Of a stretch of 50,851 nt of DNA, positions 37,522 to 47,119 are shown in pieces. The DNA is from Opitutia bacterium. GTDB taxonomy: Bacteria; Verrucomicrobiota; Verrucomicrobiia; Opitutales; T3Sed10-336. The stretch covers positions 47,502 through 98,352 of the forward strand of contig JBJHCF010000012.1 in assembly GCA_050506795.1 (NCBI GenBank). Direction: 5' to 3'. Made by a program: the position numbers and the translations under genes. Below the pieces are notes generated by a model that was not told the DNA's origin, did not search any database, and saw only the letters and a program-made list of their open reading frames with translations. Within the stretch, counting starts at the first letter, position 1, and each line of letters begins with the position of its first letter.

Positions 37522-38397
37522 ATGAAGAAGACGCGTGAATTTTTAGCGGGGATTGGGTTGCCTTCGGGGGATGCTTACGATCTTCCGGATTCGACAAAAC
37601 GATTTTCGGACGGCGCCCAGTATCGGTTCGAGGTGCCGGGAATCCAGGGGCCAAAGGTGATGAAGGCGCTACTGGAGAGTGTTCGCGAGTACGGTCAGAG
37701 GATACATCGCGTGACCCAAACGAAGGGGATCATGCTGCTGGGAGATGATGAGATCTCGGAAATGGTGCGGCTTGCTGAAGTGTGGGGTGTCGAGCTGATT
37801 CTCTCGGTCGGTCCGCGGGCAACCTACGATACCAGCGCTTCGGCTCAGACTCCTGAGGGTCAACGAATGGGCTATCGCCTTAGGGGGCAGGAGCAGATCG
37901 TCCGAGCCATCGAAGACATCAAGCGGGGAATCGAATTAGGGTGCCGGTCGTGTGTGGTTTATGATGAAGGCAATCTTTGGGTCCTGGATCAGATGCGCAG
38001 GCATGGGAAGATTCCGGAGGATTGTCGATTCAAGGTCTCCGCTCATTGCGGCCACGGCAACCCATGCTCGGGCAAATTGCTTGAGAGTATCGGGGCGGAC
38101 TCTATCAATCCGGTGCGGGATATTCAATTGCAGATGCTTTCGGCCATGCGCCAGGCTATTGCCGTTCCACTCGATGTCCATACCGAGAACCCCGCCTCCA
38201 GCGGAGGATTCATTCGCCATTATGAGGTTCCGGAAATGGTGCGGGTTGCGGCGCCGATTTACTTGAAAACGGGTGGTTCGGTGGCCAAGACCCACAGTTG
38301 GGATACCAATGAAGCCGATGCGAGAGGCCGGGCGAAGCAGATCATGTTGGTTAAGCGGGTGATCGACCAATACTATCCAGATGCGATGATGTCATGA
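37522..38397 (+). CDS. U32-family-like TIM-barrel protein of unknown function
   Basis: Recognised pattern (RFSDGAQYRFEVP, YDEGNLWVL, KVSAHCGHGNP, PLDVH, APIYLK); family call is from memory. Confidence 0.55.
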   Translation: MKKTREFLAGIGLPSGDAYDLPDSTKRFSDGAQYRFEVPGIQGPKVMKALLESVREYGQRIHRVTQTKGIMLLGDDEISEMVRLAEVWGVELILSVGPRATYDTSASAQTPEGQRMGYRLRGQEQIVRAIEDIKRGIELGCRSCVVYDEGNLWVLDQMRRHGKIPEDCRFKVSAHCGHGNPCSGKLLESIGADSINPVRDIQLQMLSAMRQAIAVPLDVHTENPASSGGFIRHYEVPEMVRVAAPIYLKTGGSVAKTHSWDTNEADARGRAKQIMLVKRVIDQYYPDAMMS

Positions 38398-39557
38398 TTG
38401 ACGAGACGAAGTTTTACGAATCCCTCAAGTCAGAGGGTATTGAGTTTTTTGCCGGCGTGCCGGATTCGCATCTGAACGAGTTCTGCCTTTTTCTTTCGAA
38501 GAACGTTTCTGAAGACCACCACGTTATTGCCGCCAACGAGGGGAACGCCGTGGCGTTGGCCGCCGGTTATCACCTGGCGACCGCTGGGATTCCTCTGGTT
38601 TACATGCAGAATTCCGGATTGGGTAACGCCACGAATCCTTTACTTTCCCTGACCAACGCGGAGGTTTACGCCATTCCGATGGTCCTGCTTATCGGATGGC
38701 GAGGCGAGCCGGGATCAAACGATTGGGCGCAGCACCGGAAACAAGGCGCTCTGACGCCTCGTTTGCTGGAGGCCATGGATATTCCCTACCGGGTGTTGCG
38801 GGATGATGGGGCACAATCGTCCGATTCGGTGAAATGGGCGGTTGCCGAAGCGCGAAGCCGGAGCACACCGGTGGCGCTGTTGGCTGGAAAAAACGTTCTG
38901 GCGAAACCGAAAAAACCGCTCGGACAATCGGAAAGGACCTCGCTCGAATTGAGCCGGGAGGATGCGATCGAATCCATCTTGAACGCACTGCCGGGTGACA
39001 CGCTCTATGTGGCGACTACCGGGCGGGCGACCCGAGAACTCTTTGGATTGCGGGAAAAGCACGGAATCAGCCATGACCGGGATTTTCTGAATGTCGGGGC
39101 CATGGGACACGCCTCGCAGATCGCTACCGGCCTGGCCCTGGCGAAGAAGGAGCGTTGTGTCGCCTGTTTGGATGGTGACGGGGCGGCGATCATGCACCTT
39201 GGCGCGCTCGCGACGACAGGGGTGTTCGCGCCGTCAAACCTTTTTCATTTCGTTTTGAATAACGGCGCCCATGAATCTGTGGGCGGCGAGCCGACGGCCG
39301 GCTTTCGGATCGATCTGACGGGCATCGCTTGCAACTGTGGGTATAATACGTTGGGCCAAGCCGTAAACACCGCGGAGAGTATCGGGAACGCGATTCGGGA
39401 TTTGTTGGCAATCGATGATGGCCCGCGATTCCTCGAAATCCATATCAGGCAAGGATTACGGAAAGGGCTTCCGCCGCTTGAGGTATCTCACCTTGCTTCA
39501 AAGCAATTCTTTATGAGATCACTGAACGGGTTTGCTGAGTCACACCCGGCAATTTGA
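38394..39557 (+). CDS. aepY: Phosphonopyruvate decarboxylase (ThDP-dependent)
   Basis: FFAGVPDS, AANEGNAVALAAGYHLA, YMQNSGLGN, TTGRATRELF, GAMGHAS, DGDGA, NNGAHESVGG. Confidence 0.88.
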   Translation: MIDETKFYESLKSEGIEFFAGVPDSHLNEFCLFLSKNVSEDHHVIAANEGNAVALAAGYHLATAGIPLVYMQNSGLGNATNPLLSLTNAEVYAIPMVLLIGWRGEPGSNDWAQHRKQGALTPRLLEAMDIPYRVLRDDGAQSSDSVKWAVAEARSRSTPVALLAGKNVLAKPKKPLGQSERTSLELSREDAIESILNALPGDTLYVATTGRATRELFGLREKHGISHDRDFLNVGAMGHASQIATGLALAKKERCVACLDGDGAAIMHLGALATTGVFAPSNLFHFVLNNGAHESVGGEPTAGFRIDLTGIACNCGYNTLGQAVNTAESIGNAIRDLLAIDDGPRFLEIHIRQGLRKGLPPLEVSHLASKQFFMRSLNGFAESHPAI

Positions 39558-39572
39558 GATTATGTATTTATC

Positions 39573-40814
39573 ATGAAAGCCCCTGGAAAGAATAAACCCC
39601 TGGCCATTGTGCTCGGAGGAACAGTTCCTCATATTTCTCTTTTGGAGAATTTGAGGCGCCGCGGTTACCACACCATCCTGGTGGATTATTTCGAGAATCC
39701 CCCCGCTAAAGGTGCGGCCGACGAACACATTCAAGGAAGTATTTTCGACCGGGAATTGGTTCTGGAACTGGCGAAAAACAGAAAAGCCGAATTGGTTATT
39801 GGGACCTGTATCGACCATGCGATTATTATTGCCTGTTACGTCTCCGAAAAACTGGGGTTGCCGGCACCCTACGATTACGAGACCGCTCGGCTCGTGACCA
39901 ATAAGCGGTTGATGAAAAAAAGGATGATGGAACACGGTATTCCGACTTCGAAATATTTCCACTTGAAAGCCGTCAATGGTTTTCAGAAGGGTGATCTTGA
40001 GTTTCCAGTGATTGTCAAGCCCGTCGATAGCAACAGTTCCAAGGGCGTCCGAAAAGCTTCAGATTTTGACGAATTTAAAGTGTTTCTTGGGAAGGCGTTG
40101 GAAATCAGTGAAGACGGGGAAGCAATCGTCGAGGAGTTTAGAGAGGGTGTTGAGATTGGAATTGATGCCTTTGTCAGTAACGGTGAAGCCGAGATCATCA
40201 TGACTCGGGATAAATGGAAAATTGAAGGAGTTGAAGATCCAATTCAGCAGATTCACGGCTGTATCTGGCCCGCGAGTTTGACGCCGGAGCAGTTTAAAGA
40301 GCTCAAAAAGATCTCCACCCAAATTGCGCGTGCCTTTGAATTGGACAATACCCCGCTGATGATTCAGGCCATCATCAATGGGGATAGGATCGATATTATC
40401 GAATTCTGCGCCCGGATAGGCGGAGGCGAGAATTTCCGAATCGTTCGACTGGGGACGGGATTTGATATTATCGATGCATCGGTCGAATCGTTTCTGGGCA
40501 GGCCGGTGACCTTGGATTATTCTTCGGCAGAACAATACTACGTAACCAGCTTCATTTACGCGCAGCCAGGTTTGTTCGGATGTGTTTCCGGAATAGACGA
40601 ACTCGTCAGAGACGGGAGTGTAGAGTACTTTGAGCAATACAAAGCGAAAGGCGCCAGGATCGGTGCGGACCTCTCCAGCAACAATCGCATTGGCGTCTTT
40701 GGCCTCAAAGCCGAAACCCGGGCCGGCTTATTCGACAAAGCCAGAAAGATAGTCCAACAGATCGACATCCTCGACCTTGACGGCAACTCCATCATGCGGC
40801 GCGACATCTACTAA
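39573..40814 (+). CDS. ATP-grasp domain protein
   Basis: TNKRLMK, PVIVKPVDSNSSKGV, IVEEF..G.E, IEFCARIGG. Confidence 0.85.
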   Translation: MKAPGKNKPLAIVLGGTVPHISLLENLRRRGYHTILVDYFENPPAKGAADEHIQGSIFDRELVLELAKNRKAELVIGTCIDHAIIIACYVSEKLGLPAPYDYETARLVTNKRLMKKRMMEHGIPTSKYFHLKAVNGFQKGDLEFPVIVKPVDSNSSKGVRKASDFDEFKVFLGKALEISEDGEAIVEEFREGVEIGIDAFVSNGEAEIIMTRDKWKIEGVEDPIQQIHGCIWPASLTPEQFKELKKISTQIARAFELDNTPLMIQAIINGDRIDIIEFCARIGGGENFRIVRLGTGFDIIDASVESFLGRPVTLDYSSAEQYYVTSFIYAQPGLFGCVSGIDELVRDGSVEYFEQYKAKGARIGADLSSNNRIGVFGLKAETRAGLFDKARKIVQQIDILDLDGNSIMRRDIY

Positions 40815-40827
40815 TTCCCGCCGGACT

Positions 40828-40891
40828 TGTGGGGTTTGGAGCGTGGAGCATGGGGCGAGGGGCGTGGAGCGTGGGGCATGGGGCGAGGGGC
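40828..40891. repeat. G-rich heptamer array (CGTGGAG/CATGGGG/CGAGGGG)
   Basis: Nine consecutive 7-mers; the reverse-complement family lies at 44260-44323. Confidence 0.85.
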
Positions 40892-40924
40892 TGGCAAAAA
40901 TTTAAACTTCAAACGAATCCCCCC

Positions 40925-41248
40925 TATCAATCCCTCCACCATTAGTCCTCCACCATCCGCCATTCGCCATTCGCTATTTGTGATCCGCAATCCGAAATCA
41001 TCAATCCGCCATTCGCAATACGCTATTAGTCTTCCACCATCCGCTATTTGTAATCCGAAATCACGAATCCGGAATCCGTAATCATCAATCCGCCATCCGC
41101 CATTCGCTATCCGCAATCAATAATCCGTAATCATCAATCCGCCATTCGCCCTCCGTTCTCCGCCATTCGCACTCCGCCATCCGCTATTCGCGATTCGCTA
41201 TCCGTAATCCGAAATCAAGAATCCGCAATCCGTAATCCGCAATCCACC
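40925..41248. repeat. Long heptamer array (ATCCGCC/ATTCGCC/ATCCGTA), pyrimidine orientation
   Basis: About 320 nt of 7-nt periodicity running up to the next ATG. Confidence 0.9.
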
Positions 41249-42628
41249 ATGCCTTCCTCAATCATCGATTCCGAGTTTTTCGGCGACATGTTCGGTACCG
41301 AACCTATGCGTGCCATTTTTTCGGACCGGGGTCGAATTGAAGCCTGCCTTAAGTGCGAAGCGGCGCTGGCCCGGGCCGAAGCACGAGTTGGTTTGATTCC
41401 GTCCGAGGCGGCGGAGGGAATCGCCGCCGCAGCGAAGTTTGAAAATCTCGACCTTGCGGTCATGAAGCGCGACTACGAAGAAATCGGTTTTCCGATTCTG
41501 CCACTGGTGCGTCAGCTCGCGAAAGCTTGTGATTCAGAAAGCGCGCGCTGGGTCCATTGGGGTGCCACGACCCAGGATATCGTGGATACGGGGCTGGTGC
41601 TCCAAATGCGGGAGGGCCTGGCTCTTATCGAGCGTGAACTGGACGGTGTTATCGCTGCCGTTGCGGAACTGGCGAGGCGGCATCGAGACACCGTCATGCC
41701 CGGGCGAACGTTTCAGCAACATGCGGCGCCGATAACGTTTGGGTACAAAGCCGCGGTCTGGCTTGACGAACTGCTGCGGCATCGGGATCGCCTCCCTGAC
41801 CTACGCCGTCGCTCTCTCGTTTGCAGCTACGGCGGAGCCGTCGGTACGCTTTCCACCCTGGGGAAAGACGGTATTTCGGTGCTTCAGGCCCTGAGTTCCG
41901 AACTGGATCTCGAAGAACCTCCGATTTCCTGGCATACCGCCCGTGACGGGTGGGCGGAATTGATTTTCACCCTGGGGATGATCGGAACGACCCTGGGTAA
42001 GATTGGAAACGAAGTCTCCACCTTGATGCGTACGGAGGTCGATGAAGTGCGCGAACCCTATGTTCAGGGAAAGGGCGGCAGCAGCACTATGCCTCAAAAA
42101 CGCAACCCGACCTCATGCCCGATTCTAATCGCTATCGCCCATCGCCTGCGGGACGCCGTCGGCCCGATGTTGGAATCCATGATGCAGGAACACGAGCGCG
42201 GGGTGGCTTCCCAGCCCACTGAATGGCTGGTCATCCCGGAAGTATTCGTTCTTCTTTCGGGTTCCTTGAAACACGCGCGTTCCGTCCTCGAAGGGTTGGA
42301 GGTCGATGCGGAACGAATGCGCGCCAATCTCGATATCGGAGGCGGATTCCTGATGGCCGAGTCGGTCATGATGGGGCTCGCGCCTAAGATCGGTCGCCAA
42401 GAGGCCCATGAACTGGTCTCCAAAGTCGCCCGTGGCGGCCGCGAAGCGGGCCAAACGCTCCGCGAATCGCTTCTGGATGATGTGCAGATCATGAAACACC
42501 TGACCGAAAAAGACGTGGACCGCCTGCTGGACCCGTCAAATTACCTGGGCTGCGCGGGAGAAATGATTGATCGGGTTTTGGCGAAGGCAAGAGGAGAACC
42601 ACAGATGAACGCCGATGGACACGGATAG
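41249..42628 (+). CDS. Adenylosuccinate lyase/3-carboxy-cis,cis-muconate cycloisomerase (PcaB-like) family protein
   Basis: VHWGATTQDIVDT, GRTFQQHAAPITFG, signature GSSTMPQKRNP, LDPSNYLG. Confidence 0.88.
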   Translation: MPSSIIDSEFFGDMFGTEPMRAIFSDRGRIEACLKCEAALARAEARVGLIPSEAAEGIAAAAKFENLDLAVMKRDYEEIGFPILPLVRQLAKACDSESARWVHWGATTQDIVDTGLVLQMREGLALIERELDGVIAAVAELARRHRDTVMPGRTFQQHAAPITFGYKAAVWLDELLRHRDRLPDLRRRSLVCSYGGAVGTLSTLGKDGISVLQALSSELDLEEPPISWHTARDGWAELIFTLGMIGTTLGKIGNEVSTLMRTEVDEVREPYVQGKGGSSTMPQKRNPTSCPILIAIAHRLRDAVGPMLESMMQEHERGVASQPTEWLVIPEVFVLLSGSLKHARSVLEGLEVDAERMRANLDIGGGFLMAESVMMGLAPKIGRQEAHELVSKVARGGREAGQTLRESLLDDVQIMKHLTEKDVDRLLDPSNYLGCAGEMIDRVLAKARGEPQMNADGHG

Positions 42629-43435
42629 GGAGAGCAAAGATTAAATGCATAGAAGGCAGATCATTGGTTGTTCAATTGAATTTACCATCAGTGTGAATCT
42701 GCGTCCATCTGTGGTTCGAAAGATCGAGTACTGGCGAAGGCAAGAGGGGAACCACAGATGAACACGGATGGACACGGATAAGGGATTTGAAGCCGAGGCA
42801 CTTACCCGGGAGATCATTGGGTGTTCGATGGAGGTTCTCAATCTACTCGGTCATGGATTGCTGGAGAAGCCTTATGAGAATGCTTTGGCAGTTGAGTTTG
42901 GCTTACGTCAGATTCAATTTTCTCAACAACCACGGTATGAGGTAATATTTAAGGGCGTTAACGTCGGAGAGTATATTCCAGACCTCATTGTTGAAAATCG
43001 TATTATTGTGGATACAAAAGTGATTGACCGCATTACAGACCATGAACTGGGCCAGATGTTGAACTATCTGAAAATAACCAATCTAAAACTAGGCCTGATT
43101 GTGAACTTTAAACGAGCTCGATTGGAGTGGAAACGGGTCGTCCGTTGAAGACAAATGGAGAACCACAGATAGACACAGATGAACACGGATAAGGAATACA
43201 GAGATAAAATGCTAACAATGCAGATCATAGGGTCTTCGATAGAATCCGGCATCAGTGTCTATCCGAGTCCATCTGTGGCTCCAGGAATCGGTTACTGGAA
43301 AAACCAAAAGGTGAACCACGGATAAACACGGATGGACACGGATAGGGAGAGCAAAGATTTAAATGCATAGAAGACAGATCATCGAGTCTTCGATTGAATC
43401 CGGCATCAGTGTGTATCAGAGTTCATCTGTGGTTC
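42596..43435. repeat. Palindromic cassettes with ~31-bp inverted arms around the GxxExxY gene
   Basis: Left arms GAACCAC(A/G)GAT..ACACGGAT at 42596, 42749, 43160 and 43313. Right arms ATCAGTGT..ATCTGTGG(T/C)TC at 42687, 43251 and 43405. Confidence 0.88.
42768..43148 (+). CDS. GxxExxY protein (PD-(D/E)XK nuclease-like)
   Basis: IIGCSMEV..LLGHGLLEKPYENAL, DLIVENRIIVDTK, QMLNYL, GLIVNF. Confidence 0.92.
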   Translation: MDTDKGFEAEALTREIIGCSMEVLNLLGHGLLEKPYENALAVEFGLRQIQFSQQPRYEVIFKGVNVGEYIPDLIVENRIIVDTKVIDRITDHELGQMLNYLKITNLKLGLIVNFKRARLEWKRVVR

Positions 43436-43457
43436 CAAAATCCCCGAAATTTCCATA

Positions 43458-44516
43458 ATGAAGAATCACTGGAAACACCGTCCCGATCATTCCACCTGGG
43501 GTGACTTTGGTTCCCACGATCAACTGGGGCGTCTCAACCTAGTCGGCCCCGAGCAGGTGCGGAAAGGGGTTGCCGAGGTCAAAGAGGGAACCACCTTTTG
43601 CCTGAGCCTTCCGCTCGATCTACCCGGTGGCACGGTAATCAGCCCCGTCCGTTTTCCACCGAAACGGATGCCGGTCATCCGGCAGGGCGGACCTTATTAC
43701 AATTACGAGTGGAGAAACGCGCACGAAGGCGCCTCCGACATAGCCTCCGACGACTGCGTCACCCTGTATAACCAGTATTCCACCCAATGGGATGCTCTTT
43801 GCCACCGCGGCGCCTGCTTCGACGCCGATGGCGACGGCATTGCGGAACCCTTGTATTATAACGGATTCAAGGCCGGCGAGCATCTCGTCCGGCACGAGGA
43901 CGGAACGGTCGAGGCCAAAGCCCTCGGCATCGAGCGGATGGCGGCTCATGGCGTGCAGGGCAGGGCGGTCCTGGTCGATTTTCACTCAATCTACGGGAAT
44001 ACCCATCACGAAGTCGGCTACGACGACCTTATGCGGGCGATGGACGTCCAAAATGCGGTGATCGAACCCGGGGATATCTTCTGCTTCTGGAGCGGCCTCG
44101 ACCGCATTATTTTAGAATCCGACGGACGGCCTCCCGCCTTCATCAAACAAGCCTACGCCGTCCTCGACGGGCGCGACGAAAAGCTCCTGCAATGGATCGA
44201 AGACAGCGGCCTCGCCGCCATAGCCTCCGACACCATCGCCATCGAAGCCCTCGGCAAACCCCCATGCCCCCAGCCCCATGCCCCAAGCCCCACGCCCCAC
44301 ACCCCATGCCTCCAAGCCCCTCCCACCTTCCACCTCCTCCCCCTCCACGACCGCTGCCTCTTCCGCCTTGGAATCCACCTCGGTGAACTCTGGCACCTTG
44401 CCGACCTGGCTGAATGGCTCAGAGCACACAACCGCTCACGATTTCTCCTCACCGCCCCTCCGCTCCGATTGCCCGGCGCCGTCGGCTCCCCTGTGACCCC
44501 TGTGGCAACAGTTTAA
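43458..44516 (+). CDS. Cyclase family (kynurenine formamidase-like) metal-dependent hydrolase
   Basis: WGDFG..DQLGRLN, LSLPLD, QYSTQWDALCH, GRAVLVD, LGIHLGELW.L, PLRLPGAVGSPVTPVA. Confidence 0.85.
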   Translation: MKNHWKHRPDHSTWGDFGSHDQLGRLNLVGPEQVRKGVAEVKEGTTFCLSLPLDLPGGTVISPVRFPPKRMPVIRQGGPYYNYEWRNAHEGASDIASDDCVTLYNQYSTQWDALCHRGACFDADGDGIAEPLYYNGFKAGEHLVRHEDGTVEAKALGIERMAAHGVQGRAVLVDFHSIYGNTHHEVGYDDLMRAMDVQNAVIEPGDIFCFWSGLDRIILESDGRPPAFIKQAYAVLDGRDEKLLQWIEDSGLAAIASDTIAIEALGKPPCPQPHAPSPTPHTPCLQAPPTFHLLPLHDRCLFRLGIHLGELWHLADLAEWLRAHNRSRFLLTAPPLRLPGAVGSPVTPVATV

Positions 44517-44529
44517 TACACTAATCCAG

Positions 44530-46011
44530 ATGTCTCTTGGTCAAAAAACTTTAACCGGCATTCTTTGGAAAACGGTCCAGCAACTAAGCCATAAATGTAC
44601 GGCGATAGTTGTCACCTTGCTTTTGGCGCGCTTCCTCGTGCCGGAAGACTATGGATTGGTGGCCATGATGGCTGTTTTTCTTGCCGTGGCCGAGAGTCTG
44701 ATGAAATCGGGCTTCACCCAGGCGTTGATCCGGTTGGAAAATGCAAGACAGGTTGATTTTAATACCGCTTTCTATTCAAACATCGCTCTCGGGATTATCT
44801 CATACGCGGTTCTTTTCTTCAGTGCCCCATATATCGCGGCATTCTATGAAGAGACCCGGCTTACGGTCCTGATTCGCGTGGCCGGGCTGAATATCCTCGT
44901 TCACTCTCTACAGGTTGTCCAGGTAGCGAGCCTAAGTCGCAACCTGAATTTCAAGGCACAGTTCCAGGCCAGTCTGCCAGCCGCCTTGGTTTCAGGAGGT
45001 GTCGCGGTAGGATTGGCTTACCTCGGATTTGGGGTTTGGGCCCTTATCACACAGATGATTGTGTACTCCCTGGTGACAACCGTATTGCTGTGGAAATTTC
45101 AGGGCTGGATGCCGACGCTTGGGTTCTCCCGAGAATCTCTCAAGGGTATGTACAATTTCGGGTACAAACTCTTTCTTTCCGGACTATTGAATTCTATCTC
45201 CACCAACTTATACATAATTGTTATTGCCAAACTCTTCTCGACGACCATTGCGGGGCATTATTTTTTCGCGGATAAGCTAAAGAAAATAGTCATTCGACAA
45301 TTGGTCACGAGTATTCAAACCGTCACTTATCCGGCACTGGCCACGTTGCAAAGCGACCATCAACGGCTGAAGGACGGCTATCGAAAGGTGATTGGAACGA
45401 CGACTTTTCTTCTTTTCCCTTTGATCGTGATCCTGGCAGCAACCGCACAGCCATTATTCGAGTTGCTACTTCCGGAGAAGTGGGGTCCGGCGGCACCCTA
45501 CCTTCAGCTCATGTGTCTGGCAGGACTGTTCTACCCGCTGCATTCGATCAACTTGAATATCCTGAAAGTTAAAGGTAGGTCTGATATCTATCTTGGACTT
45601 GAGGTTTTTAAGAAAATCCTCATGATTGTGGTAATTTCAATTAGTTACCGATATGGGGTGTATGGAATGTTGTACGGTCAAATCGTAAGTACCATTCTGA
45701 GTTATGTTCCGAATGCCTACTATTCGACCAAGCTAATTGGTTATACTATCAGAGAGCAATTGGCTGACTTTTTTCCCAATCTAATGACCGCATTATCCGT
45801 TGGGATAATCATTTACTGGACGGTCAATTTTGTAGAGTGGCATCCATTTCTGGAACTAATAGCAATGACGCTATTTGGCGTCTCAATGTACATTGTAATG
45901 GCCCACCTGTTTCGGTTGAAATCCTTCAATCATGCGAAATCACTCCTAATGGGACGGATCGGGAAGATCGCAGCAGCCAGAACGAAAGAAGGAGCCCTGC
46001 AAGAGTCTTAA
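44530..46011 (+). CDS. wzx: Wzx-type polysaccharide flippase (WzxC-like)
   Basis: LARFLVPEDYGLVAM, many TM helices, KW.PA.PYLQ, LKVKGRSD. Confidence 0.9.
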   Translation: MSLGQKTLTGILWKTVQQLSHKCTAIVVTLLLARFLVPEDYGLVAMMAVFLAVAESLMKSGFTQALIRLENARQVDFNTAFYSNIALGIISYAVLFFSAPYIAAFYEETRLTVLIRVAGLNILVHSLQVVQVASLSRNLNFKAQFQASLPAALVSGGVAVGLAYLGFGVWALITQMIVYSLVTTVLLWKFQGWMPTLGFSRESLKGMYNFGYKLFLSGLLNSISTNLYIIVIAKLFSTTIAGHYFFADKLKKIVIRQLVTSIQTVTYPALATLQSDHQRLKDGYRKVIGTTTFLLFPLIVILAATAQPLFELLLPEKWGPAAPYLQLMCLAGLFYPLHSINLNILKVKGRSDIYLGLEVFKKILMIVVISISYRYGVYGMLYGQIVSTILSYVPNAYYSTKLIGYTIREQLADFFPNLMTALSVGIIIYWTVNFVEWHPFLELIAMTLFGVSMYIVMAHLFRLKSFNHAKSLLMGRIGKIAAARTKEGALQES

Positions 46012-46019
46012 CGTCAGCT

Positions 46020-47087
46020 ATGTCGAATTCAACACCAACCACAACTCCACCATCGTTGGAAAATTATCCTTACCTTCCCGAACCCGTGCGGATCACGGAT
46101 CAGGTATGGGATGATGATGTTCCTCCGCTTGTTACTATTCGCTGTAAGACCTATCGTCACGAGAAATTCATTCGCGACGCGCTCGAAGGGTTTCTGATGC
46201 AGGAGACGACCTTTAGAGTGGAAATCTGGGTTCATGATGACGCCTCGCCCGATAAGACAGCGGAGATCGTCAGGGAATATGAGGCAAAACACCCTCAATT
46301 ATTCAAGACGACCTATCAGATTGAGAACCAGTTTAAGGGTTTAACCGAGAAGTATATTGAACCGCATGAGATACGGGGAATGTTCGTCGCTTCATGTGAA
46401 GGGGATGACTACTGGTGCGATAGCAGGAAGTTGCAAAATCAATTTGAGTTCATGAAAGCACACCCCGACTGTTCAATGTGTTTTCATCCGGCCTACATGC
46501 GATACGAGGACGACTATCAATCAAACTCAAGAGGAGAGATTAGAAATAAATATCCCTTAGGAAAAAGCTTTCCGTTTGAATGGATTGTCATGCGAGGTGG
46601 GGACTTTTTTCCAACACCTTCAGTTATATATAAGAGGTTCTTATTAGAAAACCGACCAGCCTGGTATACACTTCACGATACAGGCGATTTTCCATTGGCC
46701 CTATTTGCTGCCCTAAATGGAGAGATTCGATATATAGATAAAGCGATGTGTGTTTATAGGCGACATCGAGGGAGTGTGACCCAAGCCTACAAGATGTACG
46801 AAGCAAATGATTATGAATCGTTCCAGTTGAAAAAGTATAAAAAACGCCGAAAATTTTTTTCAGAGCTCTTGGCGGATCAAGATCAAGAACGATATTCGAT
46901 TCAGTGTGCAATGCAGAAAAATCATTACAGGTTCCTTGAAAAATTGAGAATTTATAAAGACTTTGGAATGTTAACACGACATATCGAATTTGTGTCAGAC
47001 TTAAGGTGGCATCTCAGGATTAGGTTTGCCGCAAAATGTTTTCGAACATTTGGGGTTAAAGGGGTCATTCGATGCTTCCTTGGATAG
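46020..47087 (+). CDS. Glycosyltransferase family 2
   Basis: PLVTIRCKTYRHEKFI, HDDASPD, CEGDDYW. Start placed at ATG 46020. Confidence 0.9.
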   Translation: MSNSTPTTTPPSLENYPYLPEPVRITDQVWDDDVPPLVTIRCKTYRHEKFIRDALEGFLMQETTFRVEIWVHDDASPDKTAEIVREYEAKHPQLFKTTYQIENQFKGLTEKYIEPHEIRGMFVASCEGDDYWCDSRKLQNQFEFMKAHPDCSMCFHPAYMRYEDDYQSNSRGEIRNKYPLGKSFPFEWIVMRGGDFFPTPSVIYKRFLLENRPAWYTLHDTGDFPLALFAALNGEIRYIDKAMCVYRRHRGSVTQAYKMYEANDYESFQLKKYKKRRKFFSELLADQDQERYSIQCAMQKNHYRFLEKLRIYKDFGMLTRHIEFVSDLRWHLRIRFAAKCFRTFGVKGVIRCFLG

Positions 47088-47119
47088 CCTTTTTCTAAAT
47101 TTCTTTGTCCCAAGAGAAA

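Noticed and set aside
37349..41463. ORFs 37349-37654, 40811-41116, 40827-41081 and 41215-41463
   Set aside because: They are translations of the heptamer arrays (SAIRH/NPQS-type low complexity), not credible proteins.
41249..42628. Assignment as protocatechuate-pathway pcaB, housekeeping purB, or an N-N bond (CreD/FzmL-type) pathway
   Set aside because: No other pca or pur genes and no CreE/FzmM-like flavin monooxygenase in the window; only the superfamily is supported.
42596..43435. CRISPR array (about 31-bp repeats beside a nuclease)
   Set aside because: The repeats alternate in orientation, the intervening sequences resemble each other rather than being unique spacers, and there are no cas genes.
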